From a virus (lineage: Duplodnaviria; Caudoviricetes), in IMG/VR virus record IMGVR_UViG_3300042868_005023, positions 1 through 47,961 of that record: DNA of 47,961 nt; one strand, 5' to 3'. Made by a program: the position numbers and the translations under genes. Under the pieces are notes generated by a model. That model was given only the letters and a program-made list of their open reading frames with translations. It was not told the DNA's origin and ran no database searches. Shown one piece after another: positions 17,915 through 26,634 of the stretch. Position 1 is the stretch's first letter. The number at the start of each line of letters is the position of its first letter.

Positions 17915-19828
17915 TTAGCGTCTGCCATCAGGACGACGGTCAAATCTAGGATTCCCCAACTGCCAAGCAACGCCTAACGAATCAGACTCAATTCTAAAAC
18001 TCATCTGTCTACCGCGAAGTCGGGTATAAACTTGCCCTGTAAATTGTTGTACCACGTACACGCTTGAGTTAGGTGGATAAGGAGGAGCATAGTTATCAGC
18101 GCTGGTTACTACAGGTGCATCTGCTGTACCATATGGTGCACCCGCATTTTGTCTAGGAACTATGGTTATGGTTACGTGCGGGTTATTAACATTTGAACCA
18201 TTGAAGTTAACGTCGGGCAACATACGCCATACAAAACCGAAGTTTTGCCCATCTTCAATATCAAAGTCTGAAGACTGAACATATGCGGCTATAGGAACTG
18301 GTGTATCTCCTGAAACATCATCTACATCAGCTTCATGATATAAGACTCGACTGTTGTAATCTATCCCCATAGGGTATTGTCTTATGCCAGAATCCATCCA
18401 TGCAGTTCTAGCCATAGAGCCTGAATACCACACGTTATCTAAATAATTAAAGATAACATACCTGTCTACTACATTTGTATCTTCTGAGCAGTAGAACCAC
18501 CATACTTCATTGTAGCCTGAGTTGCTACCAGCAAAGACTTGGTATCCTTGTGTTGAGTTTAAATCTTCAAATACGTATTGTTTCAGTGAGCACGGTAGTG
18601 TCTTTACTGTACCGTCATACATATAGAACTTATCTAAACCCATCCAATACGTTACGTTGTTTACACTTACAGCTGCGTTAGGGCCAATCATAGAGATATT
18701 GTCCATTAGCACTTGGAACGTCCATACGTAAGGTGCCCCTAGATACTGCATAGAGTAAAGACATGAGTCTGTCCATACTAAGTTTTCTTGGCGAGTAACT
18801 TGAGCTGCTACGATGTAAGAACCATGAGTAAGCCTAAATTCTCCAGATTGGTTAGTAATGCTAGGTACCCATTGATAAGGGTTATTTTGATCTGACCATC
18901 GTACAAGCATGGGGTCAAACGTTGTTCCCGGCGTTCCTGATACATAAGAGTTAGATCCAAAGGCTATGATAAAACGTTGCAGCGCTGATGCAAGAATTTG
19001 ATTAGTCGCTGTAGGCACATACGCACCGGAGTACCCAGCAGTGGTTGATAAGTCTGATAGTAGTTTTGCTCTAACAGTAACTGTACCAGAGTTCTGCCAG
19101 TAGTATATTGCCCCACCACGAGGTGCTATAACTAGGTCTTGCCCATAGTTATCATTAGTCCATAGACGTAGTTGACTCTGTATACCTGCTGTATAAGCTG
19201 ATCCCCAGCCACCAGTGCCCCAAGGACTTGCACCCCAACCAGTGCCAATAATAGCTACAGATAGTCCCACATGAGCTTGAAAAGCTGCTGTAATAGCAAC
19301 ACCACCGCCAGTAACGGGAGAGGTGGCTACAGCAGGTACTGTTATTACAAAGGTGTTAGCGGTTACATTTGATATTGGGTATTCAGCATTTAGTATAGTA
19401 GCTGAGATGCCACCTACCGCCGTAGCCCCAGAGAACGTAACATAATCTCCATTCAGACCGCCGTGAGCAACTATGGTAACAGTAACAGTTGAAAGCCCAG
19501 TTGCTGTAGTAAAGCAATTATTGGTAGTAGGTGCTACGAATGTAGCTATAACAGGGGTGACATCAAAGTAGGCTCCACCAACTTCAATATAGTACTTAAG
19601 ATTAGTACCTATGCCTAAGTAATTAGAACCAGCAAAGTCTACCCAGTTCCATATTGAACGCCCTATGCCTAAGAAACTACTATTAGACAGGCGTGTCCAC
19701 CCGCCTAATTTTTCAGGATTACCAGAACGGAAACGTATTTTGTCACCATCATACCATCCGCCTTCGTTTGAATAGTTCGTTCCCTCACGGTTTAGACCTG
19801 GTATTAACGCTAACTTCTGTAATGGCAT
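17915..19828 (-). CDS. Tail hub/nozzle-type protein (P22 gp10 / tail tubular B-like)
   Basis: PG.NRE.T.Y..EG.WYD.DKIRFR start, VRWSDQ, RLRGRQ; size and position. Confidence 0.65.
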   Translation of the reverse strand: MPLQKLALIPGLNREGTNYSNEGGWYDGDKIRFRSGNPEKLGGWTRLSNSSFLGIGRSIWNWVDFAGSNYLGIGTNLKYYIEVGGAYFDVTPVIATFVAPTTNNCFTTATGLSTVTVTIVAHGGLNGDYVTFSGATAVGGISATILNAEYPISNVTANTFVITVPAVATSPVTGGGVAITAAFQAHVGLSVAIIGTGWGASPWGTGGWGSAYTAGIQSQLRLWTNDNYGQDLVIAPRGGAIYYWQNSGTVTVRAKLLSDLSTTAGYSGAYVPTATNQILASALQRFIIAFGSNSYVSGTPGTTFDPMLVRWSDQNNPYQWVPSITNQSGEFRLTHGSYIVAAQVTRQENLVWTDSCLYSMQYLGAPYVWTFQVLMDNISMIGPNAAVSVNNVTYWMGLDKFYMYDGTVKTLPCSLKQYVFEDLNSTQGYQVFAGSNSGYNEVWWFYCSEDTNVVDRYVIFNYLDNVWYSGSMARTAWMDSGIRQYPMGIDYNSRVLYHEADVDDVSGDTPVPIAAYVQSSDFDIEDGQNFGFVWRMLPDVNFNGSNVNNPHVTITIVPRQNAGAPYGTADAPVVTSADNYAPPYPPNSSVYVVQQFTGQVYTRLRGRQMSFRIESDSLGVAWQLGNPRFDRRPDGRR

Positions 19829-19832
19829 AACC

Positions 19833-20369
19833 TTATCCTATCAATGTTTTAGCTGTTATATCAACAGCACTAGTACGTGCTAACCATCCCTTTCCGTATA
19901 TATCAAAAGAAGGGAGAGATCTATAAAATACTTCCTTAGCATCTGTGTACTTATTAATAAGTTTTTTACTGTCTATATCTTTTACAGCTTGTAATGTTTT
20001 AGGACCTATTGCCCCGTCAGCAGTTACACCAACAGCTGTTTGTAATGTTTTTATCGCACGTCCGGCCCCTGCATTGATAGCAAAATCAAAAGCGAGATAG
20101 TCAACGCCGTTAGGTAAATCATCGCCATGTACAAGGTCCCAATATTTGTGTTTATAAAACGGGCTAACCTTATCCGGGGTCAATCCTTTCATATCAGCAG
20201 TGCTAACTTTATGACCTACGTATGCTTCCCACGCAGCTTGCGTTACACCAAGATTGGTACAGCCTTTCCTACCATCTGAAAGTTTGTTACCATTATCTCT
20301 AGGATCATCTTGAAAACCAGCCTCATGGTCAAGCACATGTTTAAGAGCTATACTAAAGTTAGCTTGCAT
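19833..20369 (-). CDS. Endolysin, glycoside hydrolase 108 plus peptidoglycan-binding domain
   Basis: HEAG...DPRD...TNLGVT, FDFAINAG, LQ.AVGV.ADG.IGP.TL, YGKGWL.R. Confidence 0.9.
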   Translation of the reverse strand: MQANFSIALKHVLDHEAGFQDDPRDNGNKLSDGRKGCTNLGVTQAAWEAYVGHKVSTADMKGLTPDKVSPFYKHKYWDLVHGDDLPNGVDYLAFDFAINAGAGRAIKTLQTAVGVTADGAIGPKTLQAVKDIDSKKLINKYTDAKEVFYRSLPSFDIYGKGWLARTSAVDITAKTLIG

Positions 20370-20370
20370 G

Positions 20371-20586
20371 TTATATCTTGGTTAAAGGTTTTGCTTCAGA
20401 TACAAAGAAACCAAGTGCTCCAAATACTAACGTACCTAAATTAAGTGCGTCTTGTATATGACCGGGGTTAACATTAACACCACCTAGAGCAGAAACTGCA
20501 GCTATAGATGCCATTGTGCTAGGCTCAGTAAGTCTGGCTTTTAACCATATAAATAAACTTATTATTTTTGACATAATATTTCTCAT
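20371..20586 (-). CDS. Putative holin
   Basis: RL.EPST motif, two hydrophobic segments, directly upstream of lysin. Confidence 0.65.
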   Translation of the reverse strand: MRNIMSKIISLFIWLKARLTEPSTMASIAAVSALGGVNVNPGHIQDALNLGTLVFGALGFFVSEAKPLTKI

Positions 20587-21422
20587 TGTGTATTATTAAT
20601 ATCCCCCCAATTAGGGGTTTGGGTATCGTTTATAGTAACCCATGTAACTGTTTGATTATCGTTTATAGTAACCCATGTAACTGTTTGATTATCGTTTATT
20701 TTAAACCATCCACGTGCGTATTGATAGTCTGTTAAAGTTTGACTGTCAGTGTATGTACTAAGGAAAGCTGCAGAACTATTTTGCCAATCAGACAACAATT
20801 GTGTATCAACGTATACACCAACAAAATCAACAAGGACTGCCTGATTATCTGTTAAGGTTTGCGTATCGCTGTAAGTACTTAGAAAACTAGTAGTTACAGT
20901 TTGAGCATCGCTTAATGTTTGAGTATCAGCATAGTTGCCTACAAACCCTGCGAGAACTGTTTGAGTATCTGTTAAGATTCGTGTATCACTATAGCTACTT
21001 ACAAAACTAGCGGTCACAGTTTGAGTATCACTTAAAGTTTGAGTATCGCTATAGGATACAGCCGTTGCAATAAGCCCTATTTGCGCATCTGACAATGTTT
21101 GCGTATCGCTGTAAGTACTTAGAAAACTAGTAGTTACAGTTTGAGCATCGCTTAATGTTTGAGTATCAGCATAGTTGCCTACAAACCCTGCGAGAACTGT
21201 TTGAGTATCTGTTAAGATTCGTGTATCACTATAGGTAGCAACAAGCCCTCTCACACCTGTTTGAGTATCTGTTAGAGTTTGGCTATCAGCATACACTACT
21301 GTAGTTGCAAGTGCACCAGATTGCGTATCCGTTAAGGTTTGTGTTTCTACACAAGATACTGGGTATAAGGCACTTCCTAAACTAGCGAACGGTGCTTGTG
21401 CAAATGCATTAATACCAAACAT
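20583..21422 (-). CDS. Thr/Ser/Asp-rich 20-aa repeat virion protein
   Basis: MFGINAFAQAPFASL leader, repeated YxDTQTLxDxQ units, C-terminal WxxINDxQ repeats. Confidence 0.7.
   Translation of the reverse strand: MFGINAFAQAPFASLGSALYPVSCVETQTLTDTQSGALATTVVYADSQTLTDTQTGVRGLVATYSDTRILTDTQTVLAGFVGNYADTQTLSDAQTVTTSFLSTYSDTQTLSDAQIGLIATAVSYSDTQTLSDTQTVTASFVSSYSDTRILTDTQTVLAGFVGNYADTQTLSDAQTVTTSFLSTYSDTQTLTDNQAVLVDFVGVYVDTQLLSDWQNSSAAFLSTYTDSQTLTDYQYARGWFKINDNQTVTWVTINDNQTVTWVTINDTQTPNWGDINNTQ
20857..21234. repeat. Exact 138-bp direct repeat (20857-20994 and 21097-21234)
   Basis: Direct comparison; 240-bp offset equals four 60-bp units. Confidence 0.9.
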
Positions 21423-21985
21423 TAATCACCTCTTGCTGGTTTGTAGGCTTTGGCGTTGATCTGCACTTGGAAACATGCATTGTTACGCTTATTAACTTCA
21501 CGCTCTATTATATGGTATGGTCGCCCTTGAAGCTCTTTTTGCACTTCTGGCATGAGGTCGTACCCAACTTCAGTAACCCCTATATCAATACCACACTGCA
21601 GACCTAACGTAGTCTCAGAGCCACCTGTCTCAATCGTATGAAGGTTTCTTTCTTGACTAAACATATCCACACCGACAGGTGTTACTTTCCTACAATGCGT
21701 AGGATCGTGGTGGAAGTTCTCGTGTAAGTGATGAGGCACTACAATCTTTATAATGCCTTGGTCTTTTAGCACACGGTAGAACTCTTTCCATATGTTTAGG
21801 TAAGTTTTAGTATCTTGACCCAGATGTTCTAGCACGTGAGTTAGAGTAATTTCATCTACTGAGCTATCCTCAAAAGGCAAAGTCTTCTCTAAGTCTGCTA
21901 CAACATCGGGCTTACAACGTGGGTCTTGATCTACATTAATGTGGCCTTCAAGTTTGTTATACCCACATCCAAGATTCAACTTCAT
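21422..21985 (-). CDS. Class I SAM-dependent methyltransferase (type 11-like)
   Basis: KLNLGCG, INVD, LPFEDSSVD, HVLEHL, RVLK, DPTH. Confidence 0.9.
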   Translation of the reverse strand: MKLNLGCGYNKLEGHINVDQDPRCKPDVVADLEKTLPFEDSSVDEITLTHVLEHLGQDTKTYLNIWKEFYRVLKDQGIIKIVVPHHLHENFHHDPTHCRKVTPVGVDMFSQERNLHTIETGGSETTLGLQCGIDIGVTEVGYDLMPEVQKELQGRPYHIIEREVNKRNNACFQVQINAKAYKPARGD

Positions 21986-21986
21986 A

Positions 21987-22433
21987 TTAGTTAGAAGGTG
22001 GTACGAAGTTATCTAGTTGCGTTTGTATAGTATCTAACTCAGCTTGTGTAGTAGCATTGGTAATCTCAACATTGATTAACTCGTATCGTGTTTGAGCGTC
22101 TGCAACTACTTGTGCATCGTAGTGAGTATTAGGGTTGCCATCAGTTTCAGTTTGCGCTTCATAAGCTACAACTTGGTTGAACTGGCTTGAGTTTTGACCC
22201 TTCATATTAGACTTACGGCTATCAATAGAGATATCATAAACTGTCCATACGATCTCAACAGGGTCTTTAGTGCAATCATAGACTGGACCATTTAAGCCTT
22301 GTTGGTAAGGTATAACAGTAGGGATAATCTCAACGGCATATCTCCAACCATCTTGGCCTACTGGCACTGGAGGCGTAGTATCCCAACATTGGGCCATTTC
22401 ACCGTTTACTACCTGAACGTATAATTGTGTCAT
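21987..22433 (-). CDS. Hypothetical protein, possibly fibre assembly/adaptor
   Basis: GW..AVE..P motif and helical acidic C-terminus; follows RCC1 gene; AAGGA SD. Confidence 0.5.
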   Translation of the reverse strand: MTQLYVQVVNGEMAQCWDTTPPVPVGQDGWRYAVEIIPTVIPYQQGLNGPVYDCTKDPVEIVWTVYDISIDSRKSNMKGQNSSQFNQVVAYEAQTETDGNPNTHYDAQVVADAQTRYELINVEITNATTQAELDTIQTQLDNFVPPSN

Positions 22434-22461
22434 TTTTATTTCCTTTGTTTATTGAAATTGT

Positions 22462-23673
22462 TTAAGAGTGGGTGGCTATAGTGTGGTAAGCCCCACTTGC
22501 AATTTTTAACCAAGTTGTTAGTGCCCCTACTTGTACAGGACTAGAACGATTAATGTCATTGCCTAGACCTAACTGTCCTTCATTATTTCGACCCCAAGAC
22601 CAGAGCGTACCATCTGTTTTAGTTGCTATAGAAAAATCATTCCCCGCTGCTATATTAAGCCAAGTGGTTAAACTACCTACCTGTTTAGGGCTTGAGTAGT
22701 TAGTTGTATTACCTAAGCCTAACTGTCCACTGGTGTTCTGCCCCCAAGACCAGAGCGTGCCGTCAGTTTTAGTTGCTATGGTGTGAGTATACCCCCCCGA
22801 AACAGAAAGCCAAGTTGTTAGTGCACCTACTTGCACAGGACTTGAGCGATTAGTTGTATTGCCTAAACCTAACTGTCCTTGAAAATTATACCCCCAAGAC
22901 CAGAGTGTACCATCTGTTTTAGTTGCAAGAGTATGATTACTCCCACATGCTATATTAGACCAAGTTGTTAGTGCACCTACTTGTTTTGGGCTTGAGTAGT
23001 AAGTTATGTTACCTAGACCTAATTGTCCATAACCGTTTGGACCCCAAGACCAGAGTGTACCATTAGTTTTAGTGGCTATAGAGTAAGTATATCCACATGC
23101 AATTTTTAACCAAGTTGTTAGTGCGCCTACTTGTTTAGGGCTTGAGTAGTAGGAAGTTGTGTTACCTAACCCTAACTGCCCATAAATATTTTGACCCCAA
23201 GACCAGAGTGTACCATCAGTTTTAGTTGCAAGGGTGTGTTTATCCCCCCCCGAAACAGTAAGCCAAGTTGTTAGCGCACCTACTTGCTTAGGACTTGAGT
23301 AGTAAGTTGCGTTACCTAGGCCTAATTGCCCAGCATTATTTTTTCCCCAAGACCACAGAGTTCCGTCTGTTTTAGTTGCTAGAGTGTATCTATTTCCACC
23401 CGAAACAGAAAGCCAAGTTGTTAGTGCACCTACTTGCACAGGACTAGAACGGTAAGTTACATTACCTAGACCTAACTGCCCTTGAGCATTGGCTCCCCAA
23501 GAGTACAACCCCCCATAAAGTGGTAAATTCCCAGCAGTGGGCCAGTTGCCTTGTTTTATCCAGTATCCCGCTTGCTCCATTGTCCATACACCTGAAGCAG
23601 AACTGTTCTGATAAGCTCCTGATGGTACTACAGGTGAAGACTTAATTACGCCTCCGGGATACTTAGTTGACAT
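22462..23673 (-). CDS. RCC1/BLIP-II-like 7-bladed propeller A with full N-terminal anchor
   Basis: Seven ~50-aa repeats KTDGTLWSWGxNxxGQLGLG...SSPxQVGALTTW. Confidence 0.92.
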   Translation of the reverse strand: MSTKYPGGVIKSSPVVPSGAYQNSSASGVWTMEQAGYWIKQGNWPTAGNLPLYGGLYSWGANAQGQLGLGNVTYRSSPVQVGALTTWLSVSGGNRYTLATKTDGTLWSWGKNNAGQLGLGNATYYSSPKQVGALTTWLTVSGGDKHTLATKTDGTLWSWGQNIYGQLGLGNTTSYYSSPKQVGALTTWLKIACGYTYSIATKTNGTLWSWGPNGYGQLGLGNITYYSSPKQVGALTTWSNIACGSNHTLATKTDGTLWSWGYNFQGQLGLGNTTNRSSPVQVGALTTWLSVSGGYTHTIATKTDGTLWSWGQNTSGQLGLGNTTNYSSPKQVGSLTTWLNIAAGNDFSIATKTDGTLWSWGRNNEGQLGLGNDINRSSPVQVGALTTWLKIASGAYHTIATHS

Positions 23674-25419
23674 TTAGTTCTCCAATCTTTCTTTAATTAA
23701 AGCAAACGGGGCATCCCACTCGCCAAATATTTCTTGTCTAATTAGTTTCATACTGTCGTAGTATGGGGTTGCTTCGCCCTCTAGTGCATATAGGAAGTAG
23801 GGCATAATTGGTGTCACCACCCACGTGTCAATTCCCATAGCTGCTGCCAAATGACTTACAGATGTACAACTACTTATAACCAAATCACAACTTGCTACAG
23901 CAGCTCTAGTATCTTCCCAACTATTAAGAGGCACTTGCTTAACCCACATAGGCGTAGCTTCTACACCAGCATCTCTTTGTAAACTTATAAACTCGTAGCT
24001 ATCATTCTTAACTGCATCAAACATCAACTGGTAAGGAAAGGCTTTGTGGTGCTCATGTTCAAACTGTGTAGAGCCCTGCCATCTTAGACCAATACGTTTC
24101 TTTCTTCCCTTTATTGTAACAGGTTTAGGTAAATAAGGTGCACCACTAATATCTTCTAATTCAAAGCCTAACGGTACTATAGCACTCATACCAGCAACCC
24201 AAAAGTCATGATAGATACCAAACACCGCTTCATGCTGAATAACGCTCGACACACCCTCTACATTAACGAATAAAGACGCTAACTGACCAGAGCAAGCCAC
24301 GATGACTTTACAACCCTTCTCGGCGATATACTTTGCATATCTAACTTGGTGTATTTGATCGCCTAGACCACCTTCAAGATTTAACAGTACAATCCCTTTA
24401 GTTTTGCCATCCCACTGTGGTGTAGGTACATCAGGTTGTTTATTGCCAAAGACTCCAGCAACACGCCCTCTATCTAATAACTGATAGCCTTTTTGAATCT
24501 GACCTTGTCTTAAGAGATACCAACCACGATTATAAGCAGCTCTATTGTTACTTGGCTCTGTAGCCTCTAACTTCTGCGCTATACGCCAGCCTTCAGCAAA
24601 ATCACCTGTAGTAGATGCAGCTAGTTGAAGATCCAAGTCATGTAAGTCAGGCATTGTTCTAGGCTTCTCTAACCAAAACTCAGGCTGGCAAAATGAGCCA
24701 TAATAAGAACCTAGCACATCTTTAGGGTGCTCATTGTGTTGTCTTTCAAGAACAGGTTTTACATCATGCATACCTTTAGTACCATGCAACTGCTCATCAT
24801 CCTCAGCTACAGTAGAACCGTCAATAGCATTAAAGTCGTATTCAAAATCAGGTAATTCTAAAAAGTCATGTATCCGTTGTAGTTGCTCTTTAGGATTAGA
24901 AATTAAGTCATCGTACTCAATAAATAAGAAGTTATCTGGTGCCGCTAAGTAACCGTTCTGTAACGATATGTACGCAGCTTTTAAATGATCCATCAACTGC
25001 CCAGACTCCATAAACTCATCTAAATCTTCAGGCTTGGCAATACGTACAAATGATGCCGCACAATCAGGAACAGAACGAACAGTAGCAATAATCTTTGGTT
25101 GATGTCCTAATACTTGAGCCATAGCAGACATAATCTGAGCTATAGGCCAGCCACGAGACTTATCAATAATAACGGGTTTATCTACATCTTCATAAAAGGC
25201 ATCAATCGCACCGCGCATAGTTTGCGCTAACTTCTTACGCTCTGGGTCGTTTTCGTTTAGTAATCCAGCAGAATGCCACGTGTTCGCCAAACCATCAAGT
25301 GCATGAACCAACCCTGATGTAGTAGATACATGGGTCTGTGAGTTTTGATTAAGTATCGCTGCAAGTACGGTAGAACCTGAACGTGGTACACCTGATAAAA
25401 AATGTAATGTTTTTTTCAT
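23674..25419 (-). CDS. Sulfotransferase - TPR-like - GT9-like glycosyltransferase fusion
   Basis: 5'-PSB GVPRSGST, IIDK, 3'-PB VR......AS; EGGLGDQI...RY; DLVISSCTSVSHLAAAMG. Confidence 0.85.
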   Translation of the reverse strand: MKKTLHFLSGVPRSGSTVLAAILNQNSQTHVSTTSGLVHALDGLANTWHSAGLLNENDPERKKLAQTMRGAIDAFYEDVDKPVIIDKSRGWPIAQIMSAMAQVLGHQPKIIATVRSVPDCAASFVRIAKPEDLDEFMESGQLMDHLKAAYISLQNGYLAAPDNFLFIEYDDLISNPKEQLQRIHDFLELPDFEYDFNAIDGSTVAEDDEQLHGTKGMHDVKPVLERQHNEHPKDVLGSYYGSFCQPEFWLEKPRTMPDLHDLDLQLAASTTGDFAEGWRIAQKLEATEPSNNRAAYNRGWYLLRQGQIQKGYQLLDRGRVAGVFGNKQPDVPTPQWDGKTKGIVLLNLEGGLGDQIHQVRYAKYIAEKGCKVIVACSGQLASLFVNVEGVSSVIQHEAVFGIYHDFWVAGMSAIVPLGFELEDISGAPYLPKPVTIKGRKKRIGLRWQGSTQFEHEHHKAFPYQLMFDAVKNDSYEFISLQRDAGVEATPMWVKQVPLNSWEDTRAAVASCDLVISSCTSVSHLAAAMGIDTWVVTPIMPYFLYALEGEATPYYDSMKLIRQEIFGEWDAPFALIKERLEN

Positions 25420-25470
25420 AATTTATTCACTTTATTGTTATTAAGACATTGTATATATACATTAAATTAA

Positions 25471-26625
25471 TTAAGAGTGGATGGCTATGGTAGCTTGTTG
25501 TCCACCTGCGGTTATTTTAGACCAAGTTGTAAGGGCTCCTACTTGTTTAGGGCTTGAGTAGTCAGTTGTATTACCTAGACCTAGTTGCCCATCATTATTT
25601 CTACCCCAAGACCAGAGCGTACCATCTGTTTTAATAACTGTTGTATTGGCAAAACCTCCTACTACAGTTGCCCAAGTGGTAAGAGCACCTACTTGCTTAG
25701 GAGAAGAGTAGCTAGTTACGTTACCTAAACCTAATTGCCCAGAACTGCCTTGCCCCCAAGACCATATTGTTCCATCTGTTTTAACTGCTAGAGAGTGGTT
25801 TGAGCCAGCTGCTATTTTAGCCCAAGTGGTAAGTGCACCTACTTGGTTTGGGCTTGAGCGATAAGTTATATTACCTAGACCTAATTGACCATTAGCATTA
25901 ATCCCCCAAGACCATAAGGTTCCATCTGTTTTAGTTGCTAGGCTAAATAAATTCCCTGCAACTATATTTGACCAAGTGGTAAGAGCCCCTACTTGATTTG
26001 GAGATGATTTATATGTGCCCACACCTGATGTACCTAAACCTAATTGCCCAACATTGTTTTCTCCCCAAGACCATAAAGTACCATCTGTTTTAATGGCTAG
26101 TGCATGCGTCCGTTGCGTAGATATCTTAGACCAAGTGGTTAGTGCACCTACTTGTACAGGACTAGAGTAATTGGTTGTATTGCCTAGACCTAACTGACCG
26201 TTAGCGTTATATCCCCAAGACCAAAGAGTTCCGTCAGTTTTAGTAGCCAATACATTACTTAGCCCACAAGATACTAAGCTCCAAGCAGTTAGTGCCCCGA
26301 CTTGCTTAGGGCTTGAGTAGCTAGTTGTATTATTTAGACCTAACGTACCATTATTATTACGCCCCCAACCCCAGAGAGTGCCATCTGTTTTGGTCGCCAT
26401 TCCATTATAAAACCCTGCGGTTATATTTAACCAAGTGCTAAGAGCGCCTACTTGCTTAGGACTTGAGTAGCTAGTTGTATTATTTAGACCTAACTGTCCA
26501 TAATTATTTAACCCCCATGACCAAAGTCCCGGCAGACCTGTCCAAGTTCCCGCAGCTACGGCTTGCATTTGAGCCTGTGGCGTCCACATGCCTGAATATT
26601 GTACGTATGGATAAATTACTGGCAT
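25471..26625 (-). CDS. RCC1-like 7-bladed propeller B
   Basis: Seven repeats; N-terminal SGMWT...Q....GTW. Confidence 0.92.
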   Translation of the reverse strand: MPVIYPYVQYSGMWTPQAQMQAVAAGTWTGLPGLWSWGLNNYGQLGLNNTTSYSSPKQVGALSTWLNITAGFYNGMATKTDGTLWGWGRNNNGTLGLNNTTSYSSPKQVGALTAWSLVSCGLSNVLATKTDGTLWSWGYNANGQLGLGNTTNYSSPVQVGALTTWSKISTQRTHALAIKTDGTLWSWGENNVGQLGLGTSGVGTYKSSPNQVGALTTWSNIVAGNLFSLATKTDGTLWSWGINANGQLGLGNITYRSSPNQVGALTTWAKIAAGSNHSLAVKTDGTIWSWGQGSSGQLGLGNVTSYSSPKQVGALTTWATVVGGFANTTVIKTDGTLWSWGRNNDGQLGLGNTTDYSSPKQVGALTTWSKITAGGQQATIAIHS

Positions 26626-26634
26626 TGTATTTTC

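Noticed and set aside
25450-25461. Palindrome TGTATATATACA upstream of the sulfotransferase
   Set aside because: Low-complexity AT palindrome seen once; insufficient support for an operator
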